32,000 bases of DNA from Pyrolobus fumarii 1A (GCF_000223395.1 NC_015931.1:1560001-1592000), one strand, 5' to 3'. Positions 8,577 through 17,340 are shown, numbered from the stretch's first letter. Program-made: numbers and translations. Notes: generated from the letters alone by a model not told the origin.

Positions 8577-8607
8577 GTTTTCGCCACTTTTACTCGTTTT
8601 GTTTTGC
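8577..8607 (+). terminator. Multiple T-tracts (GTTTTCGCCACTTTTACTCGTTTTGTTTTGC) after rpl19e
   Basis: Four oligo-T runs fall within 30 nt, starting about 20 nt after the stop codon. Confidence 0.4.
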
Positions 8608-8782
8608 CGTCGTAATCCGCATCTACATGTTTTGTGATATGTGATGTGTATCGCTCATCGCCTCTTGTAGAATTGTTTGCACTGGTGCAGAGAATCGGCT
8701 CGAGCCCGCCGGTTAACGATGATGTAGTTAAGGGGCGGTGGTGTGGGTGGCGGTGTTAGTAACGAGTACGGGGCCGCTCGCC

Positions 8783-8790
8783 TTTATAGG
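8783..8790 (+). promoter_or_regulatory. TATA-box-like element (TTTATAGG) upstream of rpl18
   Basis: It lies 41 nt upstream of the TTG at 8824. Confidence 0.5.
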
Positions 8791-8823
8791 GGCTTTTGTG
8801 AGCCGCGGCTACGGGGTAGTTCA

Positions 8824-9474
8824 TTGGCGAGGGGTCCACGCTACAAGGTGCCGAGGCGCAGGAGGCGCGAAGGTAAGACTAACTATTACAAGAGGTATGT
8901 GATGATACTCTCTGGTCACCCGAGGTTTGTGGTGCGCAAGACTAACAAGTACATCTGGGTAATGGTTGTCAAGGCTAAGCCCGAGGGCGACATCACTGTT
9001 GCTGCAGCCCATAGCCGTGAGCTTGTCAAGAAGTATGGTTGGAAGGGTGGCACTAAGAACGTGCCAGCTGCCTATCTCACTGGTCTCCTAGCTGCACTAC
9101 GTGCATTGAAGGCTGGGATTCGCTATGCTGCACCCGATATTGGTCTGCACAGGCCCACGCGTGGTGCGAAGGTGTTTGCAGCGATAAAGGCGGCTAACGA
9201 TGTTGGCCTGGAAGTGCCGATGAGCCCGGAGGTGGCTCCTAGCGAGGAAAGGATACGAGGTGAGCACATAGCGAAGTATGCTGAGATGCTCGAGACGAGT
9301 AATCCTGAGCTCTTCGAGAGGAGGTTTAGCATGTACCTAAAGGCTGGTCTAAACCCGAAGGACCTACCTAAACACTTTGAGGAGGTTAAGACGCGCATCC
9401 TAGAGGATTATAAGGATGTGTTGGCGGCGGTGAAGGCCGGGGGTGGTGTAGAAGGTGGCGGCGAGTCAAATTGA
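8824..9474 (+). CDS. rpl18: 50S ribosomal protein uL18
   Basis: The TTG at 8824 gives (M)[24 protein letters not shown], the canonical archaeal uL18 N-terminus. The 27 codons upstream in the track ORF contain the TATA element and were trimmed. Confidence 0.88.
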   Translation: MARGPRYKVPRRRRREGKTNYYKRYVMILSGHPRFVVRKTNKYIWVMVVKAKPEGDITVAAAHSRELVKKYGWKGGTKNVPAAYLTGLLAALRALKAGIRYAAPDIGLHRPTRGAKVFAAIKAANDVGLEVPMSPEVAPSEERIRGEHIAKYAEMLETSNPELFERRFSMYLKAGLNPKDLPKHFEEVKTRILEDYKDVLAAVKAGGGVEGGGESN

Positions 9475-10096
9475 CCTTGAGGCTGAGTGGAAGCCTAGGA
9501 CGTACGTAGGGAGGATGGTAAAGGAGGGTAAGATCAAAAGCATCTACGAGATATTCGAGAAGAACCTGCCGATACTAGAGCCGGAGATAGTAGACTGGCT
9601 AGTGCCGGACCTCAAGCACGAGACTGTAGACGTTGGTATAGTCCAGAAGATGACTGACGCTGGCCGTGTCTCTAGGTTCCGTGTCGTAGTTGTCGTCGGG
9701 AACGAGGATGGACTTGTTGGCGTGGGCCAGGGTAAGGCGAAGCAGCTGCGCGTCGCAATTGAGAAGGCACTTAGAAACGCCAAGCTCAACATCATCCCGG
9801 TTAGGCGTGGATGCGGTAGCTGGGAGTGCATGTGCGGCGAGCCGCACAGTGTACCCTTCACTGTCCGTGGCAAGAGCGGCAGCGTCGTGGTTGTCCTAAA
9901 GCCCGCGCCAAAGGGTACAGGGCTTGTCGCTGGCGAGGCCGCAAAGGTGGTGTTGAGGATGGCGGGCATCCGTGACGTGTGGACGTTCACTAAGGGTGAG
10001 ACTAGAACGACGATAAACTTCGTCAAAGCAACGTACAACGCTCTTAAGCAGACCTATCAGTTCGTGACTCCAGCAGACTGGGTGAACGTCCAGTAG
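9455..10096 (+). CDS. rps5: 30S ribosomal protein uS5
   Basis: 213-aa [29 protein letters not shown]...A..KA...AK and GTGLVAG are typical uS5. Confidence 0.9.
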   Translation: MAASQIDLEAEWKPRTYVGRMVKEGKIKSIYEIFEKNLPILEPEIVDWLVPDLKHETVDVGIVQKMTDAGRVSRFRVVVVVGNEDGLVGVGQGKAKQLRVAIEKALRNAKLNIIPVRRGCGSWECMCGEPHSVPFTVRGKSGSVVVVLKPAPKGTGLVAGEAAKVVLRMAGIRDVWTFTKGETRTTINFVKATYNALKQTYQFVTPADWVNVQ

Positions 10097-10109
10097 GGGG
10101 GTGTAGGTC

Positions 10110-10646
10110 ATGTCGATGCAGGCTGAGACGGGCACGGTAGCGGGGCGCCAGGTTAAGCTCTACGCGATAATCAGGATTAGGGGGCGTGTAGGCGTACCAC
10201 CTGATGTAAGAAAGACCCTCGAGAATCTAAGGCTCCATAGAAAGTTCCACCTGGTACTCTACCCGTCCATATTGCCAGGCATCGATGGTATGCTACAAAA
10301 GGTGAAGGACTGGGTCACCTGGGGCGAGATTGACAGGGAGACGCTCATAGAGCTTCTTAGGAAGAGGGGGCGCGTGCCTGGCGACAAACCATTGACCGAC
10401 GAGTATGTGCGCGAGAAGCTAGGGCTCAGCGGCATCGAGGAACTTGCTGATAAGTTACTACGCGCTGAGATAATGTTGCACAAGCTGTATGACAAGAAGA
10501 GGCATGTGTGGATAATCAAGCCTGTATTCCGTCTACACCCGCCGCGCGGCGGCTTCAAGGGTAGCATAAAGAAGCCTTATGGTGCTGGTGGCGAGCTAGG
10601 TTACCGCGGCTACGCTATAAACGAGCTTATTAGGCGTATGTTGTAA
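10110..10646 (+). CDS. rpl30: 50S ribosomal protein uL30
   Basis: 178-aa [33 protein letters not shown] is typical archaeal uL30. Confidence 0.85.
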   Translation: MSMQAETGTVAGRQVKLYAIIRIRGRVGVPPDVRKTLENLRLHRKFHLVLYPSILPGIDGMLQKVKDWVTWGEIDRETLIELLRKRGRVPGDKPLTDEYVREKLGLSGIEELADKLLRAEIMLHKLYDKKRHVWIIKPVFRLHPPRGGFKGSIKKPYGAGGELGYRGYAINELIRRML

Positions 10647-10668
10647 GGCGCGTGTAGCCGCGGGGTGC

Positions 10669-11139
10669 ATGGTTATGGTCGTGCGTAGGAGGAAGAAGAG
10701 TAGGAAGCTTCGTGGCAGAACCAGGAGCATGGGTTGGGGTAGGATAGGCCAGCATCGTGGCAGCGGTGCTAGGGGTGGCTTCGGTGCAGCTGGTATGCAC
10801 AAGCACATGTGGACCTGGGTTGTCAAGTACGCGCCAACCTGGTTCGGTAAGCATGGTTTCAACAGGCCACCAGAGCTGGTAGCACAGCCTCGCGAGATAA
10901 ACGTGGGCGAGCTTGACGAGCTGGTGGACAAGTTGCTCCGTGAAGGTCTAGCTAGGGAGGAGAATGGCAAGATCGTTGTAAACCTAGCCGAGCTAGGGTA
11001 CAACACTCTGCTCGGTAAGGGTAAGGTGAGCCGCCCGCTCCGTGTTATAGTGCCACGCGCGACTGAAAAGGCCATAGAGAAGATCAAGGCAGCCGGCGGT
11101 GAGGTGGTTATCCTAGGCGAGGGGGAGGAGGGCGCCTAA
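10669..11139 (+). CDS. rpl15: 50S ribosomal protein uL15
   Basis: 156-aa ORF. RKKSRKLRGRTRSMGWGRIGQHRGSGARGG.G.AGMHKH is typical uL15. Confidence 0.88.
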   Translation: MVMVVRRRKKSRKLRGRTRSMGWGRIGQHRGSGARGGFGAAGMHKHMWTWVVKYAPTWFGKHGFNRPPELVAQPREINVGELDELVDKLLREGLAREENGKIVVNLAELGYNTLLGKGKVSRPLRVIVPRATEKAIEKIKAAGGEVVILGEGEEGA

Positions 11140-11148
11140 AGGACACCC

Positions 11149-11160
11149 TTTTTACCTTTA
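11149..11160 (+). promoter_or_regulatory. T/A-rich element (TTTTTACCTTTA) between rpl15 and secY; possible terminator and/or TATA box
   Basis: It starts 10 nt after the rpl15 stop and 40 nt before the secY TTG at 11189. Confidence 0.35.
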
Positions 11161-11188
11161 GCGGTTTGTCGGCCGTGCGGGGAAAGTA

Positions 11189-12538
11189 TTGCCTGGTGCG
11201 CTTGAGGTTCTCGCAGCGATATCGCGGTTCATACCTGCGGTTGAGCGGCCTGCCCGTCGCCCATCATTGCCCATGAGGCTGCTTGTAACGTTCATAGTGC
11301 TCATACTCTATTATGTTATGACGGTAGTGCCTCTCTACGGCGTGACGCCTGGTCCAGAAACCGGAGGCCTACTCCTAGCAGAGATAATCCTAGGTATGAG
11401 CTTCGGTACACTAGCAACGCTGGGTATAGGCCCTATCGTCACGGCAGGTCTAGTGCTTGAGGTTCTAGTGGGCACCGGGCTACTCAAGCTTGACCTGACC
11501 AACCCGCGTGACCGTAGAATCTACATGGGTGCGCAGAAGACGCTCGCACTGATATTCGCGGCCTTCGAGGCTCTAGCGTATGCGGCGGGTTGTGCATTCT
11601 GGGTGGTGCAGGGTGTGTGCGCGGCGGACCTAGCGACCAGACTGCTAATAGTGCCGCAGCTGGTGTTCGCAACGCTAGTGATAATCTGGTTTGACGAGAT
11701 GTTGCAGAGAGGCTGGGGTATCGGCTCAGCGCTCAGCCTCTTCATACTTGCAGGTGTCGCAAAGAGCATCGTGTTGAGGATACTATCCCCGGATGTAGGA
11801 GTCATCCCCTACATTATAGCGACGGGTGACATCCTAGGTGCGCTGGTGAGGCGTCCACCCTACGCCGATCTAGTCGGACTTGTAGCCACCTTCGTACTGA
11901 TAGCAATCATCGCTTACATGCAGTTGATGCGCGTCGAGATACCGGTGACGGGGCCAAGGCTTCGTGGAATTAAGACTAGGATTCCACTAAACTTCATCTA
12001 TGTAACCAACATTCCGATACTACTCGTTGCGATAGTCGTTGCAGACCTAGGCGTCTTTGCGCGGATGGCTGCTGGTCTAGGTGCGGTACACATCGCTGAA
12101 GCGATAAACGTGTTGCACTACTATGTCTCGACGCCGCGCGGCCTCGTGGAGCTTGTGAGTGACCCGGTGCGTGCTGCTACGAGTGCAGCAGCCTGGATAC
12201 TACTCTCGATATTCTTCGGTAAGCTGTGGGTCGAGCTTGCAGGCCTGAGTCCATCAAAGCAGGCAGAGAACCTCATCAGGTCTGGCTTTGAGATACCTGG
12301 CCTACGGCGCAACAAGAAGATACTAGAGAGCATCCTAGCGCGTTACATCTATCCGCTAACGCTGCTAAGCAGCATAATAGTAGGCCTACTAGCAGTAATC
12401 GCCGACTTCCTAGGCGCGTATGGTACTGGCTCTGGTCTGCTACTGGCGACAGGTATAGCGATTAACTTCTACCAGCTGCTGGTATACGAGAGGACACTGG
12501 AAATGTACCCACTGCTACGTCGCCTGCTCGGCGAGTAA
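11189..12538 (+). CDS. secY: Preprotein translocase subunit SecY
   Basis: 449-aa polytopic membrane ORF in the canonical position after uL15. It has many hydrophobic segments and a SecY-like N-terminus (FIPAVERP....L..RLL.T). Confidence 0.9.
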   Translation: MPGALEVLAAISRFIPAVERPARRPSLPMRLLVTFIVLILYYVMTVVPLYGVTPGPETGGLLLAEIILGMSFGTLATLGIGPIVTAGLVLEVLVGTGLLKLDLTNPRDRRIYMGAQKTLALIFAAFEALAYAAGCAFWVVQGVCAADLATRLLIVPQLVFATLVIIWFDEMLQRGWGIGSALSLFILAGVAKSIVLRILSPDVGVIPYIIATGDILGALVRRPPYADLVGLVATFVLIAIIAYMQLMRVEIPVTGPRLRGIKTRIPLNFIYVTNIPILLVAIVVADLGVFARMAAGLGAVHIAEAINVLHYYVSTPRGLVELVSDPVRAATSAAAWILLSIFFGKLWVELAGLSPSKQAENLIRSGFEIPGLRRNKKILESILARYIYPLTLLSSIIVGLLAVIADFLGAYGTGSGLLLATGIAINFYQLLVYERTLEMYPLLRRLLGE

Positions 12539-12583
12539 CGCTTTTCTCGCGGTCCTCCCCGTGAACCGCGGGGTGCTTGAAGG

Positions 12584-13204
12584 ATGGTGGCTCTTCGTAA
12601 CCCCTTCACAACAGTCATTGTCACCGGCGTGCCGGGCGTAGGCAAGACCACCGTGCTCGGCAAACTAGTTGAGATGGCTGCTGCGGAGGGCTTGAAACTC
12701 AAGCTGGTGAACTTTGGCGACTATATGTTCCGCGTTGCCAGCGAGAAGGGTCTCGTTAAGCACCGTGACGAGATCCGTAAGCTTCAGTTGCAAGTCCAGC
12801 TCGAGCTGCAGAAGTGGGCTGCTGAGGCAATAATCTCGGACGCGAAAAAGGAGCTTGGACAGGGAGGCGTATTGATAGTAGACACTCACGCCGTGATAAA
12901 GACCAGTAGTGGCTACTGGCCCGGTCTACCAAAGCACGTGATAGAGGTGTTGAAACCAGATAGTATTGTAGTCATAGAGGCGAATCCTGAGCTGATAATC
13001 GCGAGGCGCCAGAGGGACAAGGGTAGGTACCGCGAGGATATGGGCGGTGTGGAGGAGCTAAGAGAGCTTATGAGCATGGCCAGGACTGCAGCAATGGCTA
13101 GCGCGGTTCTAACAGCCAGTAGCGTGTTCATAGTCGAGAACCCGGAGGGGAAGCCCGAGGAAGCCGCCCAGCGTATACTAGAGTTGATACGCATGCTACG
13201 GTGA
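12584..13204 (+). CDS. adkA: Archaeal-type adenylate kinase
   Basis: 206-aa ORF with the P-loop VTGVPGVGKTTV, in the canonical position after secY. Confidence 0.85.
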   Translation: MVALRNPFTTVIVTGVPGVGKTTVLGKLVEMAAAEGLKLKLVNFGDYMFRVASEKGLVKHRDEIRKLQLQVQLELQKWAAEAIISDAKKELGQGGVLIVDTHAVIKTSSGYWPGLPKHVIEVLKPDSIVVIEANPELIIARRQRDKGRYREDMGGVEELRELMSMARTAAMASAVLTASSVFIVENPEGKPEEAAQRILELIRMLR

Positions 13205-13208
13205 AACC

Positions 13209-13691
13209 TTGAACATCGAGCCTATCCTACTCATGTTCTTCTCTTTTAGTGTCGCTACTTTCTTCCTTTACATAGCAGAGCGGCTACTATGGAGTATCCA
13301 CGATCCTCTTCGGTTTCTTGAGGCTCTAGCAGCTCTGGATGAGAGTGGCGAGAGGCTCATACGCCTACGGGGAGCTAAGAGTAGGAGAGCGGCGAGGAAA
13401 GCTGCGCTGCTGGATGCTAGACTTGCCTATTACCGCTCCTATCTCTTCCGCGTCTCCATGCTGAGAGGCATGTTGTATGTGGCGGCGTACCTCGCGGCTA
13501 GTGGCGTAGCATTGGTATTCTTCCCTCGCCTATACCCAGCTCCAGTGCCAATACCGATGTTTACTATCGTAGAGGACGGGCGTGCATGGTACGCTGCGCC
13601 TCAAGCAGTTCTACTCTCGCTGCTCGCGCTGGTCTTCGTGTTCATGGGTCCGCCGCGGTTAAGAACCGTCGCTAGCTCCAGAGCCGGGTAG
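13209..13691 (+). CDS. Small membrane protein, possibly a DUF106/EMC3-like member of the Oxa1 superfamily
   Basis: 160 aa. The layout is an N-terminal TM segment, a basic helical region (RLRGAKSRRAARKAALLDARLAYYR), then two further hydrophobic segments. It occupies the slot after adk where archaeal DUF106 genes usually sit. The family call rests on topology and synteny only. Confidence 0.45.
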   Translation: MNIEPILLMFFSFSVATFFLYIAERLLWSIHDPLRFLEALAALDESGERLIRLRGAKSRRAARKAALLDARLAYYRSYLFRVSMLRGMLYVAAYLAASGVALVFFPRLYPAPVPIPMFTIVEDGRAWYAAPQAVLLSLLALVFVFMGPPRLRTVASSRAG

Positions 13692-13704
13692 CGGGGGCGG
13701 TAGG

Positions 13705-14022
13705 ATGCCCAGGCCGGGTCTGCGCACACGCTCCAAGAGGAGGGTGTATGTCAGGCTGCCTGGCGGCGAAACAGTGGTACACTATGAGCCTCGCAGGCCT
13801 GGGCCAGCGCGCTGCGGGCTCTGCGGTAGGCCTCTAAACGGTGTACCAAGGCTAAGGCCGTCTGAGCTTAGGAAGCTTCCACTCAGCCAGAAGAGACCGG
13901 AGAGAATGTTTGGTGGTGTGCTCTGCCACGCATGCCTCGAGAGGATCCTTAAAGCTACCATAAGGTCGACGATAATCAAGCAGCTTGAAGAGCTTAAGGC
14001 ACGGAGGCAGAGCCAGGGCTAG
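13705..14022 (+). CDS. rpl34e: 50S ribosomal protein eL34
   Basis: 105-aa ORF. LRTRSKRRVYVRLPGG and C.LCG..L.G........K.....KRPER.FGG.LC..C are typical eL34. Confidence 0.88.
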   Translation: MPRPGLRTRSKRRVYVRLPGGETVVHYEPRRPGPARCGLCGRPLNGVPRLRPSELRKLPLSQKRPERMFGGVLCHACLERILKATIRSTIIKQLEELKARRQSQG

Positions 14023-14040
14023 ACATGGGTGTAGACAGGT

Positions 14041-14595
14041 TTGGCTTCGCGAAGGGGCCCAGTTATCGCTGTCAGCGGGCCCCCTGGCAGCGGTAAGACA
14101 ACCTACGCGCGTAGGCTCGCCGAGGACCTAGGCCTAGAGTTCTATTCGGCTGGCATGTTCTTCCGGGAGCTCGCAAAGAAACGCGGCTTGACACTGTTGG
14201 AGCTCAACCAGCTTGCCGCTAAAGACCCAAGCATAGATCTTGAGATTGACAGGATGACTTACGAGGTTGGGCTTCGTGGTAACGTGGTTGTAGAGGGCCA
14301 TCTAGTGGCATGGGTGTTGCGCGACATAGCTGACGTCAAGATATACGTCACTGCGCCGCTCGACGTGCGGGTTAATAGAATAGCGGCTAGAGATGGTGTC
14401 GATGTTAGCGTCGCCCTTCGCGAGACTATTGAGCGCGAGAACGTGCACCGACGCCGCTTCTTAGCATACTATGGCATTGATATTAACGATCTCTCTATAT
14501 TCGACTTGGTTGTTGATACCTCGAAACTCGGCATAGAGGAGGTGTACCGAGTTATACGAGAGTTTGTCACGCTCGTCTTGTCCCGTAGTAGATAA
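14041..14595 (+). CDS. cmk: Archaeal cytidylate kinase
   Basis: 184-aa ORF with a TTG start and the P-loop VIAVSGPPGSGKTT. SAGMFFRELAKKRGL resembles archaeal CMP kinases, and synteny with eL34 and eL14 fits. Confidence 0.85.
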   Translation: MASRRGPVIAVSGPPGSGKTTYARRLAEDLGLEFYSAGMFFRELAKKRGLTLLELNQLAAKDPSIDLEIDRMTYEVGLRGNVVVEGHLVAWVLRDIADVKIYVTAPLDVRVNRIAARDGVDVSVALRETIERENVHRRRFLAYYGIDINDLSIFDLVVDTSKLGIEEVYRVIREFVTLVLSRSR

Positions 14596-14599
14596 AAAG
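14592..14599 (+). promoter_or_regulatory. TATA-box-like element (ATAAAAAG) overlapping the cmk stop, upstream of rpl14e
   Basis: It lies 47 nt upstream of the ATG at 14639. Confidence 0.35.
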
Positions 14600-14638
14600 G
14601 CTTGATAGCTTGCATGGTGCGCAACTGGGAGGCCAGGT

Positions 14639-14938
14639 ATGCCCGCGATTGAGGTTGGCAGGATCTGTGTCAAGCTACGTGGCCGCGAGGCTGGCAGGAA
14701 GTGCGTGATAGTGGACATAATTGACGAGAACTTTGTGCTGATCACTGGCCCTAAGGACGTGAGTGGCGTTAAGAGGAGGAGATGCAATATAAACCATATT
14801 GAGGTCCTCCCCGAAAAGATTGACATAAAGCCTGGTGCCAGCGACGAGGAGGTCAAAAAGGCGCTAGAAGAGGCTGGGTTACTAGAGTTCATGAAAGAGC
14901 GTGTAAAGGTCCAGATGAAGCCAAGTCTGCTCTTCTAA
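14639..14938 (+). CDS. rpl14e: 50S ribosomal protein eL14
   Basis: 99-aa [38 protein letters not shown] is a typical KOW-containing eL14. Confidence 0.85.
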   Translation: MPAIEVGRICVKLRGREAGRKCVIVDIIDENFVLITGPKDVSGVKRRRCNINHIEVLPEKIDIKPGASDEEVKKALEEAGLLEFMKERVKVQMKPSLLF

Positions 14939-14943
14939 CAGAG

Positions 14944-15087
14944 TTAGGCTTCTATCCGGAAGCACGCGTCTCTACACTCTAGTTGATGTTTGAATGCCTC
15001 CTCGAGTGTCGCGAACCTAGCTCCGCATCTAGTACAGACCAGTAGCAGTGGTTTGCGAGGTACACCAGGTAGCCTAGGTGGCGGCAT
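14944..15087 (-). CDS. Small (47 aa) C2H2-like (C2HC) zinc-finger protein; not in the ORF track
   Basis: My translation gives MPPPRLPGVPRKPLLLVCTRCGARFATLEEAFKHQLECRDACFRIEA. The spacing C-x2-C-x3-F-x8-H-x3-C matches the classical beta-beta-alpha zinc finger. The ATG is the only start codon in the frame after an upstream stop. A weak TATA-like AGATATTC (15134 down to 15127) lies 47 nt upstream. Confidence 0.4.
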   Translation of the reverse strand: MPPPRLPGVPRKPLLLVCTRCGARFATLEEAFKHQLECRDACFRIEA

Positions 15088-15179
15088 ATACGGTGTGATG
15101 TCGCGTCCTGGAGGTGTGCCCGGCCTGAATATCTCGCCCGTGGCTAGACACCCCTACATTAAACCCGATGTAACTCACG

Positions 15180-15187
15180 CTTATACT
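15180..15187 (+). promoter_or_regulatory. TATA-box-like element (CTTATACT) upstream of cbf5
   Basis: It lies 40 nt upstream of the TTG at 15221. Confidence 0.4.
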
Positions 15188-15220
15188 GGTGGCTCTCTCG
15201 CAGTAGCAGGGGGTGTCTAG

Positions 15221-16351
15221 TTGAGCTCCGAGCTGACAAAGCAAGGACTGGAGTTTATAAGACGGCTCGACGAGTTTGCAGGGTTAAAGAGCGAGTGGAT
15301 AGTGAAGGCTGAGGAAGACACGAGCCCCGATTATGGCACTCCACCCTGGGCTAGGCCGATAGAAGAGCATATCAGGAAGGGCGTTGTGCCCCTTGATAAG
15401 CCGCCGGGGCCTACTAGTCACGAGGTTGTAGCGTGGATCAAGAGGATGTTTGGGCTCAGCAAGGCTGGGCATGGTGGTACGCTCGACCCCAAAGTTACTG
15501 GAGTGCTGCCCGTGGCTCTCGAGGAAGCGACGAAGATCATCGGAATGGTTGTGCATACCCCCAAGGAGTACATCTGTGTGATGCAGCTGCACGAGCCAGT
15601 AGAGGAGAAGAAGCTTCTTGAGGCGATAAAGGTGTTTACGAGTACAATCTACCAGAGGCCACCGCTGCGCAGTAGCGTGAAGAGGAGCCTACGCACCAAA
15701 ACGATATACGAGATAGAGCTTCTCGAGTATACCGGCCGCTATGCTCTGATGAGAGTGTTGTGTGACCCCGGCACTTACATGAGGAAACTTTGCCACGACA
15801 TAGGCCTCTATCTCGGCGTAGGTGCTCACATGAGAGAGCTTCGCAGAACAAAGAGCGGGCCTTTCCGCGAAGCCTATGGTCTCGTAAAGCTTCAGGATCT
15901 AAGTGAGGCTCTCTACAGATGGAAACAGGAGGGTAAGGACGACTTATTGCGAAAGTACATTCTCCCAATGGAATACGCTGTTGCCCATCTGAAGAAGGTG
16001 GTTATCCGCGACTCGGCGGTTGACGCTATAGCGCATGGAGCGCATCTGGCTGTACCGGGTATTGCGAGGCTGCACGCCGACATAAAGAAGGGCGATGTTG
16101 TGGCAATCTTCACGCTCAAGGGCGAGCTTGTTGCTCTTGCTAAGGCGGAGATGGATGCTGAGCAGATAGCAAAGGCCCAGAAAGGCATAGCGTTTCGCAC
16201 GATGCGTGTAATAATGAAGCCCGGCGTCTATCCACGCATGTGGAAGAAGAAGAGTGAGGGTGAGAGTGGCGAAGCTAAGAGTGAGGGTAAAGAAAGAGAA
16301 AGGGGTAAGAGGAGGCCGAAGCCCGCGAGGAGGAGGCGTAGAGGCTCTTAG
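15221..16351 (+). CDS. cbf5: tRNA/rRNA pseudouridine synthase Cbf5 (H/ACA RNP catalytic subunit) with an extra basic C-terminal tail
   Basis: 376-aa ORF. The TruB catalytic region is KPPGPTSHEVVAWIKRMF....KAGHGGTLDPKVTGVLPV, and a PUA-like region follows (VVIRDSAVDAIAHGAHLAVPGI). The reading frame is uninterrupted. Confidence 0.9.
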   Translation: MSSELTKQGLEFIRRLDEFAGLKSEWIVKAEEDTSPDYGTPPWARPIEEHIRKGVVPLDKPPGPTSHEVVAWIKRMFGLSKAGHGGTLDPKVTGVLPVALEEATKIIGMVVHTPKEYICVMQLHEPVEEKKLLEAIKVFTSTIYQRPPLRSSVKRSLRTKTIYEIELLEYTGRYALMRVLCDPGTYMRKLCHDIGLYLGVGAHMRELRRTKSGPFREAYGLVKLQDLSEALYRWKQEGKDDLLRKYILPMEYAVAHLKKVVIRDSAVDAIAHGAHLAVPGIARLHADIKKGDVVAIFTLKGELVALAKAEMDAEQIAKAQKGIAFRTMRVIMKPGVYPRMWKKKSEGESGEAKSEGKERERGKRRPKPARRRRRGS

Positions 16352-16353
16352 CG

Positions 16354-16361
16354 TTAAAACT
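16354..16361 (+). promoter_or_regulatory. TATA-box-like element (TTAAAACT) upstream of the EamA-family gene
   Basis: It lies 45 nt upstream of the ATG at 16399. Confidence 0.35.
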
Positions 16362-16398
16362 GGTCCTCTCTCCCGGATAGTGCTCGAGTGCATGTGGC

Positions 16399-17334
16399 AT
16401 GCGCAGCGGGAAGCTCGTTGGCGTGTTGTTGGCGTCACTGGCGCCGATACTATGGGCTACCAATGTTGTCGCATCGCGAGTGATCGTAACGAAGGGTTTG
16501 CATCCGTTCGTACTCACGGCTATAAGGTGGCTCATAGCCGGTATGCTCCTCTACGCGTACAGCTATACCAAGTTTGGAGTCGTAAGGTTGACGCGCCACA
16601 TCTTCATTGCTGGCCTGCTTGGTATAACGCTGTTTAGCGATCTACTATACGCGGCGCTCTTCTTCGCCCCAGCTGCGCTAGTGGGGCTGATCATAGGACT
16701 TGTGCCTGCTGTGACGCTGATACTAGCTTGGGTGTTTGGTATTGAGAGGTTGGACTCTTTGCTATGGTTGGCTGGGTTGCTGGGGTTCGCTGGTGTAGCT
16801 CTCATCGAGTATGAGAGTATTGTAGGCGGGTTAGGTAGTAGCGTATGGCTGGGTGCCCTCCTTGCTTTAGCGAGCGTGTTTGCTTGGGCCCTCTACACGT
16901 TCGAGTCTAAGAAGCTGGTAGCGAAGGCTTATCCTCTGGCATTTCTAGCAGTAAGCACGTTGAGCGTAGCTCCGGTGAACTTCTTCATAGCTTTGCCCTT
17001 TCTCTCCTCCTCTCTAGGAGCCCTAGGGGACCCGCTGGTGGTGTTGCTCATCCTATACGTGGCGGTTGTCCCGGGTTTCATAGCGTATCTCGTGTGGTTA
17101 ACAGCTGTGCGTGTGCTAGGAGCCTCTGCAACGAACATCTACGTTAATCTCCTTCCGCTCGCTGCACTAGTACTCTCGATTGTCTTGCTAGGTGAACGCC
17201 TCACAACGCTTCAAGCTGTGGGCGCTGCATTGATACTTATGAGCGCCTTCCTAGCGGCTGTCCGCGAGGCACGTCTTGTGCAAGTGGCGCAACAGTTACA
17301 GAAAAGCAGGCGGTTAACCGGGACGGGTCAATAG
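16399..17334 (+). CDS. EamA/DMT-superfamily transporter
   Basis: 311 aa with about 10 hydrophobic segments arranged as two similar halves, typical of EamA-domain permeases. Confidence 0.75.
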   Translation: MRSGKLVGVLLASLAPILWATNVVASRVIVTKGLHPFVLTAIRWLIAGMLLYAYSYTKFGVVRLTRHIFIAGLLGITLFSDLLYAALFFAPAALVGLIIGLVPAVTLILAWVFGIERLDSLLWLAGLLGFAGVALIEYESIVGGLGSSVWLGALLALASVFAWALYTFESKKLVAKAYPLAFLAVSTLSVAPVNFFIALPFLSSSLGALGDPLVVLLILYVAVVPGFIAYLVWLTAVRVLGASATNIYVNLLPLAALVLSIVLLGERLTTLQAVGAALILMSAFLAAVREARLVQVAQQLQKSRRLTGTGQ

Positions 17335-17340
17335 GGAAGA

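Noticed and set aside
8743-8823. A 27-codon N-terminal extension of uL18. Similar upstream extensions occur for uL6 (7023-7055), uL24 (3255-3287), uS17 (2327-2380) and MTAP (30783-30830).
   Set aside because: Each extension contains the predicted promoter element or lies in the preceding gene, and the canonical protein N-termini begin at the trimmed starts.
14990-15220. A 76-aa plus-strand ORF in the eL14-cbf5 gap.
   Set aside because: It is Gly/Ser-rich and low complexity, it overlaps the cbf5 TATA-like element, and it is antisense to the better-supported zinc-finger ORF.
15221-16351. A possible bulge-helix-bulge mRNA intron in cbf5, as reported for some crenarchaeal cbf5 genes.
   Set aside because: The reading frame is continuous through all conserved TruB and PUA motifs. 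No split or frameshift is seen, so there is no evidence for an intron here.
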